Assembly: GCA_040260805.1 (NCBI GenBank)
Contig: JBDQPD010000040.1
Coordinates: 1 to 28,715, forward strand
Direction: 5' to 3'
Origin: Myxococcota bacterium
GTDB lineage: Bacteria > Myxococcota > UBA4151
DNA length: 28,715 nt
Within the stretch, counting starts at the first letter, position 1. Every line of letters begins with the position of its first letter. The position numbers and the translations under genes are program-made. Of this stretch, positions 17,280-24,414 are shown piece after piece. The notes beneath the pieces were generated by a model. It did not search any database and had not been told where the DNA came from. It saw nothing but the letters and a program-made list of their open reading frames with translations.

Positions 17280-18592
17280 TCAAGCTCGGTAGCACCCCGA
17301 CATGGATCACTGGAGGTCGAGTGATCGACCCCGCTCAAGACATTGACGCGCTGATGGACGTTGAGCTCAGCGACGGGAAGGTGGTGGCGCTGCATCCAGC
17401 GGGCAGCGCACCGAGCTCAGATGGCGTGGTTGACGCGACCGGCTTGTGGGTGACGCCTGGTCTCATCGATATCCACGTCCACTTTCGTGAGCCGGGTCAG
17501 GAATACAAAGAGGATCTGCTGACCGGCTCTCGGTCGGCAGTCGCCGGTGGCTTTACGTCGGTGGTGTGTATGCCCAACACCGATCCGGCGGTCGACCGCC
17601 GTGAGGTGGTGTCGTTGCTGCGTCGACGAAGCGCCGAAATTGGGATGTGCGATGTGCACGTCTGCGGCGCCATCAGCCGCGGGCTCGAGGGCAACCGCCT
17701 CGCGGATCTAGGCGAAATGGCGGCAGCCGGAGCGGTTGCGTTTAGCGATGACGGGATGCCGGTCATGGATTCGGGGCTGGTGCGCCGCGCCTTGGAGTAT
17801 GCCACCGACCTCGACCGTCCGCTGATGCTTCATGAGGAAGACTTTGGGCTTACCGGTGGAGGGTGCATGCATGAGGGCGTGGTCAGCACCCGCGCCGGAC
17901 TTGAGGGCATGCCGATCTCCGGAGAGAGCGGTATGATCGCTCGTGACCTCGAGATCCTCGATGACTTCGGCGGACGAATGCACATCTGTCACTTGAGCAC
18001 TGAGGCGGGTCTCCGCCTGGTTCGGGACGCTCGAGAGCGCGGCTTGGATGTGACCTGCGAGGTCACGCCTCACCATCTGTTCTTGACCGATCTGTCGGTG
18101 CTCCAGTCGGATTATCATAGCCACACCAAGATGAACCCGCCTTTGCGACCGCAAAAACATGTCGATGCGCTGCGTAGAGGACTCGCCGACGGCAGCGTTC
18201 AAGCCATCGCGACCGATCATGCGCCGCATTCGGCGACCGAGAAAGATCACGATTTCTCGTGCAGTTCGTTTGGGGTGACTGGCCTTGAGACCAGCCTCGG
18301 CCTGACCCTTCGCTTGGTCAGCGAAGGAGTCATCACCCTGAAGCGGGCGATCGAGCTGTTGACCCACGGTCCAGCTCAGGTGGTGAACTTTGACGACCGG
18401 GGCGATCTGCGCGGCGGACAACGAGCGGATGTCTGTCTGATCGATCCAGAGCTTGAGTGGGTCGTCGATCCCAGTAAGGGCTTGTCTCGAAGCGTGAACA
18501 CGCCCTTCGTCGGCTGGGAGCTCAAAGGCCGCCCCGTCGCGACCTTGTTCGAGGGGCGTGTCGTGTTTTCGCATGGATCCACGCTGCTGTAA
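17276..18592 (+). CDS. pyrC: Dihydroorotase (type I, long form)
   Basis: DIHVHFREPG, MPNT, FSDDG, LHEED, HICHLST, CEVTPHHL, KMNPPLR and ATDHAPH. The metal ligands are intact. ATGA overlap with pyrB. Confidence 0.96.
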   Translation: MIKLGSTPTWITGGRVIDPAQDIDALMDVELSDGKVVALHPAGSAPSSDGVVDATGLWVTPGLIDIHVHFREPGQEYKEDLLTGSRSAVAGGFTSVVCMPNTDPAVDRREVVSLLRRRSAEIGMCDVHVCGAISRGLEGNRLADLGEMAAAGAVAFSDDGMPVMDSGLVRRALEYATDLDRPLMLHEEDFGLTGGGCMHEGVVSTRAGLEGMPISGESGMIARDLEILDDFGGRMHICHLSTEAGLRLVRDARERGLDVTCEVTPHHLFLTDLSVLQSDYHSHTKMNPPLRPQKHVDALRRGLADGSVQAIATDHAPHSATEKDHDFSCSSFGVTGLETSLGLTLRLVSEGVITLKRAIELLTHGPAQVVNFDDRGDLRGGQRADVCLIDPELEWVVDPSKGLSRSVNTPFVGWELKGRPVATLFEGRVVFSHGSTLL

Positions 18593-18773
18593 GAAAATGT
18601 AAATTGGGCGCGAGGGCTACTGTTTGCTCGGTCGGATTTGTTGCATTGAATCCCTCCAATACAACGGTCGCAGTTGATCTTCGAGAGGGTTGCCCGATGC
18701 GTTCTCTCTTGACCCGATGCTGCGCCTCCGTACACATGGCAGAGCGATTCTTTGCCGTTAGGGAGCAGACTCC

Positions 18774-20636
18774 ATGATCAAACCACCGCGAGCGGGGCGA
18801 CGCCTTGCAAAGAAGCTTCTCGGTCGAGCGCAGCCTGGTCCTCATGAAGGCGCGGGGCGCTTCACGCCGCCGCCCCCTCCGCCGGTTCCAGAAGCAGACG
18901 CCGAATCGAACCAGGTTTGGGGTTTCGCGGACACTCGCTTCTCGGTGGCGCCGAACGGGAATGTGATCCTTGAGGGTGAGCGCTATGATTTGAGTGGCAC
19001 GGAGCTGCCCAACCTGCTGCCGTGGATTCGCGAGACCATGCAGCTGCCGATCCCGGTCGAAGAGCAACACCCCTACGAGTATCCGCCCAAGGTGCCCGCT
19101 GCCAAACGCAACGCGAAGTTTCTCAAGGCGGTCAAAGGTTTGCTTGATGAGGACGCTTGGTCCCAAGACCCTGTCGTGCGTCTGCGCCACGGTCATGGGC
19201 ACACTCAAGAAGAGATGTACCAGATCAAATACGGCAAGCTGACGCGTGTGCCGGACGTGGTGGTCTACCCAAGCGAAGAGGAGCATATCGTTGCCCTGGT
19301 AGCGGCTGCTAGCGAGCATGACGTGTGCTTGATTCCTTACGGTGGCGGCACGAGCGTGACCGAGGCGTTGCGCTGCCCAGACGGCGAAAAGCGGATGATT
19401 TGCTCGGTGGATATGCGCCGGCTCAACCGTATTTTATGGATCGATCCGACCAACCGCATGGCGTGCATCCAAGCCGGCGCCGTTGGGCGCACCTTGACCG
19501 ATCAACTCGCTGAATACGGCGTGACCATGGGTCATGAGCCCGACAGCGTCGAGTTCTCGACGCTTGGCGGCTGGATCGCAACGCACGCCAGCGGCATGAA
19601 GAAGAACAAGTACGGCAACATCGAGGACTTGGTGCTCGACGTGAACGTGGTCACGCCCACCGGCCGGCTCGAGCGAAAAGGCTTAGCGCCTCGCGAGTCG
19701 ATCGGTTTTGACACCAAGCGCACGGTGCTCGGTAGCGAGGGGCGCCTCGGTATCATCACCCAAGCGGTGGTTAAGCTGTTCCCGCTGCCCGAAGCACAGC
19801 ACTACGGCTCGATCCTGTTTCCAGATTTCGAGACCGGCGTCGCCTTTTTGCACGAGATGACCCACAGCGGCTCATTGCCGGCGAGTGTGCGCTTGGTCGA
19901 CAACACCCAGTTCAAGTTCTCGATGGCGCTCAAGCCCGCAAGCAGCGGTCTCAAAGTGCTTAAGAGTAAGTTCGAAAAAGCGATCGTGACCAAAGTGAAG
20001 GGTTTTGATCCGGATCAGATGGTGGCGTGTACCTTGGTCTTTGAGGGCACGCTCGAAGAGGTCGAAGCCCAAGAAGAGCGAGTCTACGCGATCGCTCAAA
20101 AGTACCGCGGCATGGCGGCGGGTAGCGCCAACGGAGCGCGTGGTTACCAGCTGACCTTTGGCATCGCCTATATCCGTGACTTCGTGATGAATCACTTTGT
20201 CCTCGCCGAGTCGTTTGAGACCTCGGTGCCGTGGAGTGAGGCGCTGCGCTTGTGCGAGAGCGTCAAGCAGCGCTTGTTCGACGAGCACGCTAAGCGAAAC
20301 CTACCGGGCAAGCCCTTTGTGACCTGTCGCGTGACTCAGCTTTATGACACCGGCGTCGCCGTGTACTTCTACTTCGCCTATCATCACAAAGGCGTCGAGA
20401 ACCCGACGCACGTCTACGCCGAGATGGAAGAGGCGGCGCGTGATGAGGTCCTGCGCTGCGGTGGGTCGCTCTCGCACCATCACGGTGTGGGTAAAATCCG
20501 CAGCACCTTCTTGCCGCGTATTATGTCGCAAGAAGCCATGGACTGGAATCGCCGGACCAAAGAGGCGCTCGACCCGAACAACATCTTTGCCTGTGGTAAT
20601 CAGGTCGATGCGCTTGAGAAGGAGCCGCAAGGATGA
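18774..20636 (+). CDS. Alkyl-dihydroxyacetonephosphate synthase (AGPS), FAD-linked VAO/PCMH family
   Basis: GGGTSV, GHEPDSVEFSTLGGWIATHASGMKKNKYGNIEDLV, GSEG.LGIIT, PASVRLVDN, ESFETS, CRVTQLYD.G..VYFYF and GGSLSHHHGVGK. These blocks closely match animal AGPS rather than generic glycolate/D-lactate dehydrogenases. Confidence 0.93.
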   Translation: MIKPPRAGRRLAKKLLGRAQPGPHEGAGRFTPPPPPPVPEADAESNQVWGFADTRFSVAPNGNVILEGERYDLSGTELPNLLPWIRETMQLPIPVEEQHPYEYPPKVPAAKRNAKFLKAVKGLLDEDAWSQDPVVRLRHGHGHTQEEMYQIKYGKLTRVPDVVVYPSEEEHIVALVAAASEHDVCLIPYGGGTSVTEALRCPDGEKRMICSVDMRRLNRILWIDPTNRMACIQAGAVGRTLTDQLAEYGVTMGHEPDSVEFSTLGGWIATHASGMKKNKYGNIEDLVLDVNVVTPTGRLERKGLAPRESIGFDTKRTVLGSEGRLGIITQAVVKLFPLPEAQHYGSILFPDFETGVAFLHEMTHSGSLPASVRLVDNTQFKFSMALKPASSGLKVLKSKFEKAIVTKVKGFDPDQMVACTLVFEGTLEEVEAQEERVYAIAQKYRGMAAGSANGARGYQLTFGIAYIRDFVMNHFVLAESFETSVPWSEALRLCESVKQRLFDEHAKRNLPGKPFVTCRVTQLYDTGVAVYFYFAYHHKGVENPTHVYAEMEEAARDEVLRCGGSLSHHHGVGKIRSTFLPRIMSQEAMDWNRRTKEALDPNNIFACGNQVDALEKEPQG

Positions 20637-23293
20637 GTGGTCAACACGTCTTACTCACCGGCGGCACCGGCTTTGTCGGTAAAGTGGTCCTCTTTGAGCT
20701 GATTCGTCGGCGCGAAGAGCTCGGCATTGAGCGCGTGACCTTGTTGGTGCGTGAAGGGGGCAGGGGCTCAGCCTCGGCTCGTCTGCGTCGCCTCAAGCGC
20801 TCGCGCTGCTTTGAGGATCTTCCGAGTGATTGGGCTGAGGGCGTCGAGACCGTCGGCGGTGATCTGGTGCAACCCTTTTGTGGGATCGCCGAAGCCAGCC
20901 GAGAGGAGCTCGCCAAGTCGGTGACGCGCATCATCCATTGCGCCGCTTCGATCGAGTTTGATCTGCCGGTCGCCGAAGCCGCCGAGGCGAATATTGGCGC
21001 CAGCTTGAACGTGCTGGCGTTTGGTAAGACCTGCGTGAAACTACAGCAAATGGTGGCGGTTTCGACGGCTTATGTCTCGCCTCATCCTGGCGGCAGTGGT
21101 GCGTGCCAAGAAGAGCTGGTCAAGCTGCCGCGACCGGCTAAGGTGCTCTATGAGGCGCTGCAGGGCGGCGCCAACCAAGACACCTTACTGCGAGAAACAG
21201 GGCACCCGAACACCTACACCTACACCAAATGCCTATCGGAGCATTTGGTGACCGAGGGGCGGGGCTCGATCCCGCTGACCATCGTTCGCCCGAGCATTGT
21301 CTCGGCGAGCTGGCAGTATCCCAAGCCAGGCTGGATCGACAGCAACGCCGCCTTCGCCGGCTTTGTGGGCTTGATCGGGGCCGGTCACCTGCGTGCGATC
21401 GTCGGCAAGCGCGAAGCGGAGCTTGATATCGTGCCTTGCGATGTCGTCGCCGAGAAGGTGGTCGACGCCGCCTTTGCGCCGCGCAGCGAGCAGGCTCAGG
21501 TCCGATATGCGGTCGCAGGACCTCAGCGCACCATCGGCGTGGGTCTGGCGGCCGATGTGATCTCGGCGTGTTTCAAGCGCCACCCGATCGGTCGCCCCCC
21601 CAAGGTGGCGTATTTAGGTCCCGACAATAAGCGCTTTCGGATGGTGGATTGGCAACGCCACAAAGCGCCGGCTCAGCTGGTGCAGATGTGGCTCAAAATG
21701 AGCGGTAAGAAGCGCCAGGTCAGGCGCGTGGCGGGCTTGGTCGATAAGCTCAAGTATCTCAACGAGGCCTTCCCGTACTTTACCCAGCACACCTACGCCT
21801 TTAACGCCTCCAAGCCTTGGAAAGCAGACGACTACACGCGCTCTGCCTACCTCGAGCTCGTGTGTCAGGGCGTCTACAACTTCTTAATCGGGCGCGATGA
21901 GCGCGAGATGACCTTTGCGGGCAAAAAACATGTGGACCCAACCCTCGATCTGAAGTGGGCGATGAGTAAGCCGCACGGCAACTGGGCGATCCGCTCAGCG
22001 GGGATGGCGGTGCGCGGTGGTTTGCGCCGTTGCTCGTCTCGAGTGACCTTCGATCTGCCCTCCTTCGAGCGCGCTCGCGCGGCGGTTCCGCCGGGGGCCT
22101 TGATGGTGGTGGTACCAAACCACCGCAGCTACTTGGACTTCTTGCTCTGCTCGTTCTTGCTCTTTGATCGCCCGGACCTTGGGATCGGTATTCCGTATAT
22201 TGCGGCAGCCTCTGAGTTCGCAGAGCTTCCCGGGCTTGGGTGGTTGTTCAAGCAAACCCAAGCGTTTTACATCAGCCGAGGTGGCGGTCGCGAAGACCCA
22301 GCCTTGACCAAGCGGATTCAGACGCTCGCCGACAACGGCGAGACCCTCGAGTTCTTTATCGAAGGGACTCGCAGTCGGTCGCGTCGTTTCTTGACGCCCA
22401 AGCGCGGCTTGCTGCGCGCCTTGCAAAACACCGGCGTGACCTGCGCGGTGTTGCCGGTGGCGATCTCGTACGATCGACTCCCCGAAGAGGGCGCCTTTCT
22501 TAAAGAGCTGCGCGGCGGCGGCAAGCCCAAGATGGGCATGCGCCCGCTGATGAAGTGGCTCGCCAGAGCGACCCGTGGCGACGTGGACCTAGGCCGTATT
22601 CACCTGCGTTGCGGCGAGCCTCAAATCCTTGAGCCCAGCACCGACGTCCACGCCTTCGCAAACAGCGTGGTCGGGGAGCTGCAGCTCAACACGGTCACCA
22701 CGACCTTTCATATGCGAAACTTTCTCGCGGCAAACCCAGAGCTGGGCGCCGATTTGGACTGGCTGCGCTCTGAGCTTTTACGGCGCGGCGCCAATATTTT
22801 AGCCAGTGATTTGCGCAGCGCGCCGCTCGATCAAGAGACCGGGCGCGGCATGCATTACCACTTCCAGCACATCTTTTATCCGGATCTGCTCCAGCGCTAT
22901 CCCGATCATCCTGCCTTGCGCCATCACATCGAGCAGCATGGCTTTATCGCCGCCGAGCTGATGCCTGAGGTGCCGGCTAAGCCCGACGCGCGACTGGACA
23001 AGCTGCTGGCCATTTTGTTCGAGCCGATCTGCGCCGATTATCAGCGCGTCGCCGCATCGCTCGGGCCTAAGGACGGCGCCTTATTGGCGCCGCCCGTGCA
23101 GAGCTTGGTGCGCAACAGCACCGACGCTCATTTGCCCGATCTCAACGCCGCTTACGACGCCTTGGTTGCGCGCCAGATCATCGTCGCCGACCCGGCGCGT
23201 CAAGGCGGCTACAGCTGGGGCGAACATGCCGACAAAGTGAAAGACTTTGAGGTGTCGTGCGCGTGGCCTGGCGAGCGAGAAATGCAAGGCTAA
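20633..23293 (+). CDS. Fusion of an alcohol-forming fatty acyl-CoA reductase (FAR) and a GNPAT/PlsB-type acyltransferase (FARAT-like)
   Basis: N-terminal FAR motifs TGGTGFVGK, HCAAS, STAYV, PNTYTYTK (YxxxK), IVRPSIV, PGWID and DIVPCDVV. C-terminal acyltransferase blocks PNHRSYLDF (HxxxxD), AFYISR, FFIEGTRSR and LPVAISYDR. Confidence 0.92.
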   Translation: MSGQHVLLTGGTGFVGKVVLFELIRRREELGIERVTLLVREGGRGSASARLRRLKRSRCFEDLPSDWAEGVETVGGDLVQPFCGIAEASREELAKSVTRIIHCAASIEFDLPVAEAAEANIGASLNVLAFGKTCVKLQQMVAVSTAYVSPHPGGSGACQEELVKLPRPAKVLYEALQGGANQDTLLRETGHPNTYTYTKCLSEHLVTEGRGSIPLTIVRPSIVSASWQYPKPGWIDSNAAFAGFVGLIGAGHLRAIVGKREAELDIVPCDVVAEKVVDAAFAPRSEQAQVRYAVAGPQRTIGVGLAADVISACFKRHPIGRPPKVAYLGPDNKRFRMVDWQRHKAPAQLVQMWLKMSGKKRQVRRVAGLVDKLKYLNEAFPYFTQHTYAFNASKPWKADDYTRSAYLELVCQGVYNFLIGRDEREMTFAGKKHVDPTLDLKWAMSKPHGNWAIRSAGMAVRGGLRRCSSRVTFDLPSFERARAAVPPGALMVVVPNHRSYLDFLLCSFLLFDRPDLGIGIPYIAAASEFAELPGLGWLFKQTQAFYISRGGGREDPALTKRIQTLADNGETLEFFIEGTRSRSRRFLTPKRGLLRALQNTGVTCAVLPVAISYDRLPEEGAFLKELRGGGKPKMGMRPLMKWLARATRGDVDLGRIHLRCGEPQILEPSTDVHAFANSVVGELQLNTVTTTFHMRNFLAANPELGADLDWLRSELLRRGANILASDLRSAPLDQETGRGMHYHFQHIFYPDLLQRYPDHPALRHHIEQHGFIAAELMPEVPAKPDARLDKLLAILFEPICADYQRVAASLGPKDGALLAPPVQSLVRNSTDAHLPDLNAAYDALVARQIIVADPARQGGYSWGEHADKVKDFEVSCAWPGEREMQG

Positions 23294-24324
23294 TGAGCAC
23301 ATATCTAGTCACGGGCGCGAGCGGGTTTTTAGGTCGACACTTACTCGAAGCGATCGCGACGCAGCATCCAGACGCTCGACGCATTGCGTTGGCTCGAAAT
23401 CCTGCGGCCTTAAACGCGGAGCCGTGGTTCTCCGGTCTTGGTTCTGTGGAGGTCTTGCGAGGCGATCTGGCGGCGCTCCCGAGCTTGGCTCAGGATCCCT
23501 TAATCGCCGATCTAACCGGCATTTATCATTGCGCCGCCGAGGTGCATCACGGCCGAGACCACTCCGAGCATCAGCTCGCCGTCAACATCGGCGGCACCGA
23601 GTCGGTCATGGAGCTCGCCGCAGCGACCTCGGCTCGTGTGGTCTTTGTCTCGACCTCGGGCGCGTCGGGCTGCTCGCTCGACCCGAACGCAGCGCCTGAT
23701 GAAGACGCCCCGATGTGCGATGAGGTCGTAGGCAGCTGGCCGTATTATGCCTCCAAGATCGAAGCGGAGCGACGCGCTCGAGCGATGGCGGAAGCCTCCG
23801 GTGTTGAGCTGAGCAGCGTACGCCCGCCGGTCATGCTCGGACCCGGTGATCATCGCTTTCGCTCGACCGGCAACATCATCAAAATGCTGCGCGGTCGGCT
23901 CCCCTTTTTGATCAAGGGCGGGATCAGCTACGTCGACATCCGCGACGTCGCCTCGGCGATGGTGCGGTTGATGAGTCTAGCCAAGATGCGACCCGTTTAT
24001 CACCTGCCTGGGACCGCGTGCAGCGTCGAAGCGTTCTTTCGTAGCGTCGGACAGGTGGCGTCGGCGCCACCACCGAAGATCGTGCTGCCGTATTACGCCG
24101 CGCACGCGCTGGCTGGTTTGACCAAATGGGGTGCTCTGCGCGCAGGGCGAGACAAGTCGCCGCTGCCGGACCCTGTGGTCGTTGAAATGGCGAGACACTA
24201 TTGGGGGCTGAGCTCGAAATATGCCGCCGAAGAGCTCGGCTTTTATCCTCGGGATTCAGTGCAAACGCTCGCCGATACCGTCGCGTGGCTGCGCGTCAAC
24301 CATCCGGAACTAAGGCCTGATTAG
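23293..24324 (+). CDS. Extended short-chain dehydrogenase/reductase (NAD-dependent epimerase/dehydratase, HpnA/DFR-like)
   Basis: ATG 23293 overlaps the upstream TAA. Motifs VTGASGFLG, YHCAA, VSTS, YYASK and RPPVMLGPGD. Confidence 0.9.
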   Translation: MSTYLVTGASGFLGRHLLEAIATQHPDARRIALARNPAALNAEPWFSGLGSVEVLRGDLAALPSLAQDPLIADLTGIYHCAAEVHHGRDHSEHQLAVNIGGTESVMELAAATSARVVFVSTSGASGCSLDPNAAPDEDAPMCDEVVGSWPYYASKIEAERRARAMAEASGVELSSVRPPVMLGPGDHRFRSTGNIIKMLRGRLPFLIKGGISYVDIRDVASAMVRLMSLAKMRPVYHLPGTACSVEAFFRSVGQVASAPPPKIVLPYYAAHALAGLTKWGALRAGRDKSPLPDPVVVEMARHYWGLSSKYAAEELGFYPRDSVQTLADTVAWLRVNHPELRPD

Positions 24325-24414
24325 AGCCGTAGAGCAGGAGCTCGCGAGACCCTCTGGTCTTAGCAGCCCAAAGAGCGTTAGTGGCTAGCTATCTCTCACG
24401 GAGTCCTGTGCGCG

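Noticed and set aside
17276..18592. Inactive PyrC' as in Pseudomonas pyrBC'
   Set aside because: The HxH, Asp, His, His and catalytic Asp residues are all present.
18774..18840. Possible peroxisomal targeting signal or eukaryotic origin of the AGPS region
   Set aside because: RLAKKLLGR does not fit PTS2 (RLx5HL) and there is no C-terminal SKL. The genes are intronless, have SD sites and sit in an operon next to pyrRBC.
17708..19319. Long antisense ORFs of 288 aa and 265 aa
   Set aside because: Shadow ORFs opposite pyrC and AGPS, expected in GC-rich DNA, with no recognisable motifs.
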